DNA of 64,000 nt. Source: Eubacteriales bacterium (GTDB lineage: Bacteria; Bacillota; Clostridia; Oscillospirales; CAG-382). The DNA is taken from NCBI GenBank assembly GCA_045587745.1, contig JAZNCU010000047.1, positions 76 to 64,075 on the forward strand, written 5' to 3'. The position numbers were made by a program, and so were the translations under genes. Under the pieces are notes generated by a model. It had not been told where the DNA came from, made no database searches, and saw only the letters and a program-made list of their open reading frames with translations. Numbering within the stretch: the first letter of the stretch is position 1; the number at the start of each line of letters is the position of its first letter. This document shows positions 1 to 7,924 of this stretch, piece by piece.

Positions 1-1164
1 ACACCTATTCCGAGAACGCTCAATATGGCGATGAGCGGAATAAGAGATATGTCTGTGCTTGAGGAAGCGCCCACCGACCGAGTACCCGTGCAGACCTTCG
101 TGCTGGAGCACGACGAGGCTATGATTGCCGAGGCTATAAGGAGGGAGCTCCGCAGGGGAGGTCAAGTGTTCTACCTGCACAACTTCGTTGATTCGATCTA
201 TTCCAAGGCGTCGAAGATCGCAACCGAATTTCCCGACAGCACCGTTGCCGTCGCACACGGTCAGATGGATAAGGAGATGCTTTCCGACGTGTGGAACGAT
301 ATGGTCGAAGGCAAGATAGACATACTTGTCTGTACGACGATTATCGAGTCGGGCATCAACGTTCCCAATGCCAACACGCTTGTTATTGAGGATTCCGACA
401 GAATGGGACTCTCTCAGCTCCACCAGATCAGGGGCAGGGTAGGCAGGTCGGCCCGTAAGGCTTACGCATATTTTACCTACCGTCCCGATAAGGCGATGAA
501 TGAGATAGCCGAAAAACGGCTTGAGGCGATAAGGGAGTTTACAGAGTTCGGCTCGGGATTTAAGATCGCAATGCGCGATCTCGAGCTTAGGGGTGCGGGC
601 AGTCTGCTCGGAGCCGAGCAAAGCGGTCATCTTGAGGCTATCGGCTACGATCTGTATATCAAGATCCTCGAAGATGCTATCAACGCCGAAAAGGGAATTA
701 TCGAGCCAAAGGCAGAGCGGAACTGCAGTGTGGACATACTTTGCAACGCATTCGTGCCCGAGAAGTACATCTCTTCCTCCGCAATGAGGATAGATATCTA
801 CAAAAAGATTGCGATACTCAAAAATATGGATGAGTTTGATGACCTTTGCGACGAGCTGAACGACAGATTCGGTGATATCCCCGTATCGGTATCTAACCTT
901 ATGCGTATCTCGCTCATACGCAATATGGCAATGGAGTGCGGTTTCACCTCTATCGAGCAGAATACACGTGTAATCAGCCTTTATACACCCAGACTTAATA
1001 TCGAACAGTGTGCAGTGCTTGCATCAGAGGATGAATTTAAGGGCTCCATAATGCTTTCTGCAGGCAACAGACCTCATATTGCATACAGGCTTCGCGAAAA
1101 TGAAACGAACCTTGATGCCACAGAGCGTATTTTGAGCAGATATCTTAAATTGTTACAAAATTAG
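1..1164 (+). CDS. mfd: Transcription-repair coupling factor Mfd, C-terminal part (5' end outside window)
   Basis: Frame 1 is open from nt 1 (TPIPRTLNMAMSGIRD...). SF2 helicase C-terminal motifs TTIIESGINVPNANT and QLHQIRGRVGRS, then a TRCF C-terminal domain. Stop at 1162-1164. Confidence 0.9.
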   Translation, partial: TPIPRTLNMAMSGIRDMSVLEEAPTDRVPVQTFVLEHDEAMIAEAIRRELRRGGQVFYLHNFVDSIYSKASKIATEFPDSTVAVAHGQMDKEMLSDVWNDMVEGKIDILVCTTIIESGINVPNANTLVIEDSDRMGLSQLHQIRGRVGRSARKAYAYFTYRPDKAMNEIAEKRLEAIREFTEFGSGFKIAMRDLELRGAGSLLGAEQSGHLEAIGYDLYIKILEDAINAEKGIIEPKAERNCSVDILCNAFVPEKYISSSAMRIDIYKKIAILKNMDEFDDLCDELNDRFGDIPVSVSNLMRISLIRNMAMECGFTSIEQNTRVISLYTPRLNIEQCAVLASEDEFKGSIMLSAGNRPHIAYRLRENETNLDATERILSRYLKLLQN

Positions 1165-1227
1165 TATAGACAAATCAAAATATGTGTTGTATACTGTAGT
1201 GCAATTATATCGAAAGGCAGTAAAAAA

Positions 1228-2709
1228 ATGAGATTTATAAAGTGTTTCGTGTGCGTGCTTCTTGCCGTTGTGCTGACGTTTTCGTTAAGTGCTTGCGGTG
1301 AGTATAAGGGTGATGTGGTAATGAGCTATGACGGATTTACTATCACTGAAAGCGATTTTATGTATATTTCATCGCTCGTTAAGGACAGTATCATATACAA
1401 TTACCAGTACTATTACTACTATTACTACGGTGAAATGCTTGATGAGGCATCGATCCTTGCGCTTACAGATGACAGCGGAAAGACCGTTGCCGACTATATT
1501 TACGATTCTACGGTCGAAACGGCACAGAGAATTCTCATTGTCGAGAGCCTTTGCTCAAAGGCCGGCGTGACCGTTACGGATGAGGATACCATCGCTGAGA
1601 TTGACAGCTATATCTCGGATCTCGAGTATTCTTACGGCGGCAAGGATAATTTTGAAATTGCACTCGCAAAGCTGGGCTTTGGCAGAGAGTCTGTTGAAAG
1701 ATTTGAGTATTTTAACCGACTTCTTACCCTCTACAGCGACCATCGCTACGGCGATAACGGCGATGCAAAAGTATCCGAGGAAACAGTAACGAATCTTTTC
1801 TTCGAAAATTACGCCAAATTCGAGGGTTGCATCTTTTCTTACTATACGGTTGATGATAAGGGCGCATCGAACCCTATCGTGTTTGACTACACCGACAGCG
1901 AGGTTCAGGATTATTTCTATCAAAATTATGCAAAAGCAACCCACGTGCTTTTTGCTACCGTAGACGCATACACCAAGCCTCTTTCCGATGAGGAAATTGC
2001 AAAGGCAAAAGCAGATGCCGAAAAAGCATGTGAGGATCTTATGGCAGGCTTGACTACCTTTGAGGAAATATGTGCCGAGCATAAGGATAACGCCGCAACT
2101 CTCGTATTCACCGACGGTGAGATGGTCGAGGAGTTTGAAAATTGTGTTTATGATCTTGAGATCGGTACAGCGGATCTGGTACAGACCAAGTACGGCTATC
2201 ATATCGTAGCACGGGAGGCTCTTACCGATGCCGATCTGTTCGGTACGGGTGAGGAGGACAGCAAGGGTATTCGTGATAAAGTTGTCTCCAATATGAGTAT
2301 CAGCCGTATCGAGGGCGAGGCAAAAGCGCTTTATGAAAAGCTTGCCTCGGGTGAGATTACCGAGTTCCCGACAGAGGGAGAGGAGTACTATACGTACGAG
2401 GAGCCCGTGGCATTCACCTCGGGAAGCACCAACTATGCCGATATTGAGGAAGCACTGCTTAAGGCCGAGGTCGGCGAGTATATAATCAAGGATTATTCGG
2501 GTGACGGTGTGTTTATTGTTAAGAAGCTCGAGCTTACCGCCGAGGATCTTGACGATACCATCTACGAGAAAATCGAAAGCTCTCTCGTCAGTGACAGCTA
2601 CTATCAGTATCTCAACTCCTTTATCGACGGCATTGTTATCAATACCGAGGTGCTGGAGCGATTCAACGTTTCGGAGATACCTATGCTTGACGAAAACTTT
2701 TACTCATAA
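1228..2709 (+). CDS. PrsA/SurA-like parvulin-type peptidyl-prolyl isomerase lipoprotein
   Basis: Signal peptide with lipobox LSAC. Parvulin-like segment (ATHVLF...YGYHIV). Position directly after mfd. Contains a YNYQYYYYYYY tract. Confidence 0.7.
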   Translation: MRFIKCFVCVLLAVVLTFSLSACGEYKGDVVMSYDGFTITESDFMYISSLVKDSIIYNYQYYYYYYYGEMLDEASILALTDDSGKTVADYIYDSTVETAQRILIVESLCSKAGVTVTDEDTIAEIDSYISDLEYSYGGKDNFEIALAKLGFGRESVERFEYFNRLLTLYSDHRYGDNGDAKVSEETVTNLFFENYAKFEGCIFSYYTVDDKGASNPIVFDYTDSEVQDYFYQNYAKATHVLFATVDAYTKPLSDEEIAKAKADAEKACEDLMAGLTTFEEICAEHKDNAATLVFTDGEMVEEFENCVYDLEIGTADLVQTKYGYHIVAREALTDADLFGTGEEDSKGIRDKVVSNMSISRIEGEAKALYEKLASGEITEFPTEGEEYYTYEEPVAFTSGSTNYADIEEALLKAEVGEYIIKDYSGDGVFIVKKLELTAEDLDDTIYEKIESSLVSDSYYQYLNSFIDGIVINTEVLERFNVSEIPMLDENFYS

Positions 2710-2727
2710 AAATTGGGGGAATAATAT

Positions 2728-3897
2728 ATGACCAACCGTGAGGCTTATGACATCATAATGAGAGACGCTATAAGCGTTTTCTCTCCCGAGGGACTCCTCG
2801 AAAAACTTGAGAGCGGCAAAAAGCTAAAAATCAAAATGGGCGCCGACCCCTCTCGTCCCGACCTGCATCTCGGTCATTCGGTTGTTCTCCGTAAGCTGAG
2901 AATGCTTCAGGAGCTCGGCCACGAGATCATATTCGTAATTGGTGATTTTACTGCCATGATAGGCGATCCTTCGGGCCGCAGTAAGACACGTGTTCCTCTT
3001 ACCTTTGAGCAGACGCGTGAGAATGCTATCAGCTACTACGAGCAGGTTACAAAGATTCTCGATAAGGATAAAACCACTATTACCTATAACTCCGACTGGC
3101 TCGGAAAGATGAATTTCAGCGACGTACTTGCACTCGCAGGCAAATACACTCTCGCCCGTATCCTTGAGCGTGACGATTTTGCAAAGAGATATAACGAGAA
3201 CCGTCCCATAGGTATGCACGAGCTGTTTTATCCGCTTATGCAGGGCTATGACAGCGTTGCGCTCAATGCAGATATCGAGGTTGGCGGTAATGACCAGACC
3301 TTTAACCTTCTCGTTGGCCGTGAGCTTCAGAAGGACTACGGTCAGCAGTCGCAGGAGGTTATTACCTTCCCGCTGCTTCCCGGTCTGGACGGCGTTGAAA
3401 AGATGTCCAAATCGCTCGATAACTACATAGGTATTGACGAGCCTGCCGAGATTATGTACGAAAAATGCATGAAGGTCCCCGACGCACTTCTTCTTACCTA
3501 TTTCAACCTCACTACCGATATGCACGAGGATGAGTATAAGAGCCTTTGCGAGACCGATATCCGCAAGGCGCATACTCTGTATGCCGAGGCTATCGTAACT
3601 CTCTATCACGGTAAGGATGCTGTTGCAGGTGCGGCTGCAAGATACGCTTCCGTTGCCGGCGGCGGTATTCCCGAGGACATCGAAACTATCGAGGTTGAGT
3701 CGGGTATTCGTATTATTGAGGTTCTGTCCCGCTCGGGTCTTGCTCCCTCCAACAGCGAGGCAAGGCGTCTCGTTCAGGGCGGCGGCGTAAAGCTTGACGG
3801 AGTTCAGATCAAGGATCCCAACACTGTGCTTACCGATGCGGGAGAGTACGTAATCAGCAAGGGTAAAAATAAGTTTACCAAAGCTGTAACCAAATAA
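2728..3897 (+). CDS. tyrS: Tyrosine--tRNA ligase (type with C-terminal S4-like domain)
   Basis: Class I HIGH motif (HLGH) and KMSKS motif. C-terminal S4-like RNA-binding segment (SNSEARRLVQGGGVKLDG). GGGGGA RBS upstream of the ATG. Confidence 0.93.
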   Translation: MTNREAYDIIMRDAISVFSPEGLLEKLESGKKLKIKMGADPSRPDLHLGHSVVLRKLRMLQELGHEIIFVIGDFTAMIGDPSGRSKTRVPLTFEQTRENAISYYEQVTKILDKDKTTITYNSDWLGKMNFSDVLALAGKYTLARILERDDFAKRYNENRPIGMHELFYPLMQGYDSVALNADIEVGGNDQTFNLLVGRELQKDYGQQSQEVITFPLLPGLDGVEKMSKSLDNYIGIDEPAEIMYEKCMKVPDALLLTYFNLTTDMHEDEYKSLCETDIRKAHTLYAEAIVTLYHGKDAVAGAAARYASVAGGGIPEDIETIEVESGIRIIEVLSRSGLAPSNSEARRLVQGGGVKLDGVQIKDPNTVLTDAGEYVISKGKNKFTKAVTK

Positions 3898-3913
3898 CCG
3901 ACAACCGAAAATC

Positions 3914-3944
3914 AAGCACGGATGAGCTTCATTCGTGCTTTTTT
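3914..3944 (+). terminator. Rho-independent terminator after tyrS
   Basis: Stem AAGCACGGA / TTCGTGCTT followed by TTTT. Confidence 0.7.
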
Positions 3945-3955
3945 GATTGGGCAGC

Positions 3956-3987
3956 AAAAAAGACAGCCGCCGAAAAGCGACTGTCTT
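3956..3987 (-). terminator. Rho-independent terminator for the minus-strand gene ending at 4016
   Basis: Stem AAGACAG / CTGTCTT with an inner CGC/GCG pairing. U-tract on the minus strand (plus-strand A-run 3956-3961). Confidence 0.6.
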
Positions 3988-4015
3988 ATGTATTGTTTGG
4001 TACGGTGCGTCAACT

Positions 4016-5227
4016 CTATTCGTCGATCGAGGCGATAAAGAAGAAGTTTGTGGGATCGTCATTTGATGACTTGGGGCTTCCGTCGTCTTCATCATCGAGA
4101 TCGTTGAGCATTACGATGTCGGGATACTCCTCCTCGGTGACGGGTGGAATGTCTTTGATATCTTTCGTCGTGGGTTCCCGGGATTCTTCGGACTCGGCAA
4201 CGGACACCTCGACTTCCTGCACCTGCTCGGTAACCTGTTCGCTATGGGAAACACGGTGAGTAACCTTATCAGAGGAGAGAATACGCTCGATTTCATCAAT
4301 CTTAGAGGAACGTGCCTTGCCGATAAGCTCAAGTAGCTCCTCGGGCATTTCTTCTTCCGCATCGGACTCGTCATCGGAGTCTGCATCAATGTAAACAACG
4401 GTATCCTGCTCGGGCTCGGGACTCGTCTCGGGCTCGTCGCTTGCATCATAAGGAGTCTCGTCATCAACTATGGGTTTGGATTTTTTGGGAGATACAGCAC
4501 TGGCAAGCATCATGCTGTAAAAATCATCGTCCGGAGGCACCGCCCTGTCATTGTCGGTAACGACCTGCAGGCTGTCATCGAGAGCAGGGGAGTATTCGGC
4601 GGTGTGCTGTGCCTCGTCCTCATCGGGCAGTCTTCCAAACGCACGCATTACGTCGTCGGTGGTAAAGGGATTGACCTTTTCTTTTGGAGCATTCTCCTCG
4701 AGAGCTCTCGCCTCGCGGATAAAGCGCTCAAACAGGAGCTTAAGGTCGTAGACGCTGTACCTGATGGCTGATTGAACTATTAGCACGTGAGGCAATTCCT
4801 CAGCAATATTCTCCTGCATATCCTGAGCCGCTTTTTTCGGTAGCGCAGCTATAACCATATCGGGATTTTCGAGTGTAACGCCGAGCACGGGAGCACTGTC
4901 ACCGTTAATGATTTCGACCGAAGCGACGTTTGTCCATTCTATCTCGGTGTCACCGAGATCGGAGTAAAAGCAAAAGCCGTGGGAATTGAGCACCAATGCA
5001 CTTGCGGGATTCATCTCACGAAGCAAAAGCGCAAAGAACATCGAGGCGAAAAATACGAATGCGCCTCCTCCGATCAGGAAAAACATCAGCCTGCGCTCCA
5101 TGGCATACTCCGAAATGAAGGGGAGCAGTGCGAAAAACAGCGCACAGCAAGCAAATAAAAGCCAACAAAAGCCTTTGGCTACAAAAGAGGACGTACGTTC
5201 TTTAATTTCAATACGGCTTGTTTTCAT
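4016..5227 (-). CDS. Membrane protein: two N-terminal TM helices, PH-like (STM3941-like) module, long acidic disordered tail
   Basis: 403-aa ORF with GAGG RBS. Hydrophobic helices in residues ~20-75. The C-terminal ~200 aa are rich in D/E/S/P with no recognisable motif. Confidence 0.6.
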   Translation of the reverse strand: MKTSRIEIKERTSSFVAKGFCWLLFACCALFFALLPFISEYAMERRLMFFLIGGGAFVFFASMFFALLLREMNPASALVLNSHGFCFYSDLGDTEIEWTNVASVEIINGDSAPVLGVTLENPDMVIAALPKKAAQDMQENIAEELPHVLIVQSAIRYSVYDLKLLFERFIREARALEENAPKEKVNPFTTDDVMRAFGRLPDEDEAQHTAEYSPALDDSLQVVTDNDRAVPPDDDFYSMMLASAVSPKKSKPIVDDETPYDASDEPETSPEPEQDTVVYIDADSDDESDAEEEMPEELLELIGKARSSKIDEIERILSSDKVTHRVSHSEQVTEQVQEVEVSVAESEESREPTTKDIKDIPPVTEEEYPDIVMLNDLDDEDDGSPKSSNDDPTNFFFIASIDE

Positions 5228-5245
5228 AAAACAATTACCTCATAA

Positions 5246-5917
5246 CTAAAAAGTAAGATCATCAACTGTGCTGTAGCTCGTTGAATTGCTGTATATTACT
5301 GAGGAAAATACCAACTCTCCATCTGTATTATAAACGGAGAGCGTGTATTTTTTGTCCTCGCGTTTGTCCACAAAGCCTTCAGCCCTGTGATCGACGTTAA
5401 GATCGTTGCTTTCGAGATCAAACTCGGTACCGTCAAAGCAAATACGCTCGTAGCAGTATCTGCCCTGGATATCGGAGGCGCAGGAAATCAATTCGTAGCT
5501 GTTGCCGTCCGAATCGGTCAGTGTGTAGGAAAAAGCGTTTCCGACACTACCGTCCGCTCCCGTAAATTTGTTTTTGTTATACTTTACGCAAATCTCGGAC
5601 ATGCTCGCATCCTTTGCGTAATAAAGGTTATACAGCTGTATTTCACCCTGGTCGCTCATAAAAGTAGCGGGGAAGATGCGGTACATCTCGGCATCACTGT
5701 CTCGCGCGGTGTACATTTCCTCAACCGATTCATTAAAAATCATCCGTGTTACAAGCTCGCTGTCACGGTTGTAAATGAAAGCGTAGAAGGTCAGAAATAC
5801 GAGCAACGAGATCGAAAGACCGTATATCAGAGTTTTGAATATCCTCTTGATTATACGTCCTGCTTTTGTCGAATATTCATTTTGTTCTTCGGGGAAGAAA
5901 TCTCCTCTGTAATCCAT
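5246..5917 (-). CDS. Hypothetical single-pass membrane protein
   Basis: 223-aa ORF with one TM helix (LIYGLSISLLVFLTFYAFIY). Lies 18 nt upstream of the 4016-5227 gene on the same strand. No family recognised. Confidence 0.55.
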   Translation of the reverse strand: MDYRGDFFPEEQNEYSTKAGRIIKRIFKTLIYGLSISLLVFLTFYAFIYNRDSELVTRMIFNESVEEMYTARDSDAEMYRIFPATFMSDQGEIQLYNLYYAKDASMSEICVKYNKNKFTGADGSVGNAFSYTLTDSDGNSYELISCASDIQGRYCYERICFDGTEFDLESNDLNVDHRAEGFVDKREDKKYTLSVYNTDGELVFSSVIYSNSTSYSTVDDLTF

Positions 5918-5977
5918 ACCGAATTCCGTTTCCTTTACGTTACATAATCAGTTTTCATAAAACTGTTACTTTAATAG

Positions 5978-6080
5978 TTTTCCACAGACTTTTGCACATA
6001 TGTGGATAATTTGAAGCCCGAAATCAAGAAAAATTGAGCGAATATTTGTTCTTTTCCACCGAACATGGGAGTTATCCACA
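5978..6080. promoter_or_regulatory. Cluster of four DnaA-box-like 9-mers (two perfect TTATCCACA)
   Basis: TTTTCCACA 5978-5986 (+). TGTGGATAA 6001-6009 (perfect box, minus strand). TTTTCCACC 6052-6060 (+). TTATCCACA 6072-6080 (perfect, +). Confidence 0.6.
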
Positions 6081-6111
6081 AAAATTATGTAAACTCAATC
6101 AGAGCTTTATG

Positions 6112-7668
6112 TCAAAACTTAAAATATTTTCTGTCAAGGCTACGCATTTGAACCGCCATTGCAACGTGCTGCTTTTTGATGATATCCGACTCATCAAAAT
6201 CGGCTACCGTGCGTGCAACCTTGAGTATTCTGTCATATCCTCGTGCCGAGAGACCGAGCCTGTCAAACGCCTGATGCAGCAGTGCCTTTGCACCGTCATC
6301 GGTTATACAGAATTTGCGGATATGCTTCGGCTGCATATGAGCGTTTGCGGTCAGCGGAAGTCCGTTGGCGAGCTTTTCACCGTCAAAGCGGCTCATTGCA
6401 AACTCGCGTGCTCTTCCCACGCGCTCCCGTATAGCCTCACTGCTCTCGCGGGCAACGGTAGTGTCAAGCTCGGAAAATGCAAGAGCCGATACCTCGACCT
6501 GTATGTCTATTCTGTCAAGAATCGGGCCGGATATACGTGCAAGATATGCATTTCTCGCCTGAGGTGAGCAGTTGCAGGGCTTAGTTGGGTGACCGTAGTA
6601 TCCGCAACGGCAGGGGTTCATTGCACAAATAAGCATAAACGAGCAGGGATATTCAACCGTGCCGTTAACACGGGATATGGTAACCGTGCGCTCCTCAATC
6701 GGCTGGCGCAGTACCTCACAGGCGTGTTTGTCAAACTCGGGAAACTCGTCCAAAAACAGAACGCCGTTGTTAGCAAGCGAAATTTCACCGGGCCTGGGGT
6801 TGGTGCCGCCTCCGATAAGGGCTGCCGCCGACAGCGAATGGTGCGGTGACCTGAACGGTCGCTTTGAAAGCAGGGGAGTGAGCTCTGAGGTGTGCCCTGC
6901 GATTGAGTATATTTTTGATGTTTGTATCGATTCCTCAAGCGTGATGGGAGGGAGTATATCGGGTACGCGTGACGCAAGCATACTCTTGCCTGAGCCGGGA
7001 GGTCCGATAAGAAGAACGTTGTGCGCTCCTGCCGCAGCAATCTCCAATGCCTTTTTTGCCGAATCCTGTCCCTTGACGTCGGCAAAATCCAGCTTGATTC
7101 CGCTTGATTCGGTAATAAAATCGCTTTCCTTAAAGGTTTTGGGCAAAATTCTTTCGGGGGTAAGGTAGTGCCTTACAACCTCCATCGCATTACGTACGGG
7201 ATATACCAACAGTCCCTTGGCGGCAGATGCCTCGGATGCGTTTTCTATAGGTACAAAAATCTTTTTAAGACCTGCATCCCGAGCTGCAACAGCCATAGGA
7301 AGAACGCCGTTGACAGGACGCAGATCGCCCGAAAGCGAAAGCTCTCCGATAAAGCAGGCATCCGAAAAATCGCACTTTGACAGACCCGGCTCGTCAATGA
7401 GCGATAGCAGTATCGGAAGGTCGTATACCGTGCCCTCCTTACGGATATCCGCAGGCGCAAGGTTAACAGTGAGAACACCTTTTTTGAGGTTGAGATTCAG
7501 AGTCCTTGCGGCAGAGCGTACTCGCCCCTGAGATTCCTTGACAGCCGTGTCGGGAAGACCGATGATGTCCATTCGCGGAGTTGAGCTTGCGGCGGCAGTC
7601 GCTTCAACAGTAACGATGATGCCGTCTATTCCACGTACGGCGGCAGAATAAAAGGTGCTTACGTTCAT
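6112..7668 (-). CDS. comM: Mg-chelatase-like AAA+ protein ComM/YifB
   Basis: Lon-like N-domain, Walker A GPPGSGKS, Walker B VLFLDEFPEF, ChlI-type C-terminus. Start moved to ATG 7668 (MNVSTF...), which is preceded by GGAG. The 46 upstream codons of the track ORF have no RBS. Confidence 0.88.
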   Translation of the reverse strand: MNVSTFYSAAVRGIDGIIVTVEATAAASSTPRMDIIGLPDTAVKESQGRVRSAARTLNLNLKKGVLTVNLAPADIRKEGTVYDLPILLSLIDEPGLSKCDFSDACFIGELSLSGDLRPVNGVLPMAVAARDAGLKKIFVPIENASEASAAKGLLVYPVRNAMEVVRHYLTPERILPKTFKESDFITESSGIKLDFADVKGQDSAKKALEIAAAGAHNVLLIGPPGSGKSMLASRVPDILPPITLEESIQTSKIYSIAGHTSELTPLLSKRPFRSPHHSLSAAALIGGGTNPRPGEISLANNGVLFLDEFPEFDKHACEVLRQPIEERTVTISRVNGTVEYPCSFMLICAMNPCRCGYYGHPTKPCNCSPQARNAYLARISGPILDRIDIQVEVSALAFSELDTTVARESSEAIRERVGRAREFAMSRFDGEKLANGLPLTANAHMQPKHIRKFCITDDGAKALLHQAFDRLGLSARGYDRILKVARTVADFDESDIIKKQHVAMAVQMRSLDRKYFKF

Positions 7669-7924
7669 CAATCTTCTCCTTTCGGCAAAATACCGTAATA
7701 CAGCACATCTTGTACTGATCAGAGGTATTATAGCATAATATTTAGTGATTTTCAATATTAAATCAAAAAAATCGAATTTTCGAGCCGAATATCCGTTATT
7801 AACCATATATGGTAAAAAAATATGTCGCTGTGAAACGAAAAAATCGCAAAAATACTATTTACTTTCGAAAGAAAAGATGTTATAGTATATCTGTATGAAA
7901 ATATTTTAGGAGGAATCATCTATT

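Noticed and set aside
2710-2727. T-box leaders upstream of tyrS (2710-2727) and cysS (57846-57852).
   Set aside because: The intergenic spaces are 18 nt and 7 nt, too short for any T-box. No specifier-loop or T-box consensus was seen in the upstream coding sequence.
5960-6111. DnaA-box cluster interpreted as the chromosomal origin (oriC).
   Set aside because: There is no dnaA or dnaN in the window and I can point to no clear AT-rich 13-mer/DUE array. Only four boxes are present. I kept it as a DnaA-box cluster or DnaA-regulated promoter instead.
6034-6567. 177-aa plus-strand ORF starting in the DnaA-box region.
   Set aside because: Most of it is antisense to the comM 3' end. It has a TTG start without an RBS and no motif. 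I considered an sda-like small checkpoint gene but could not support one.
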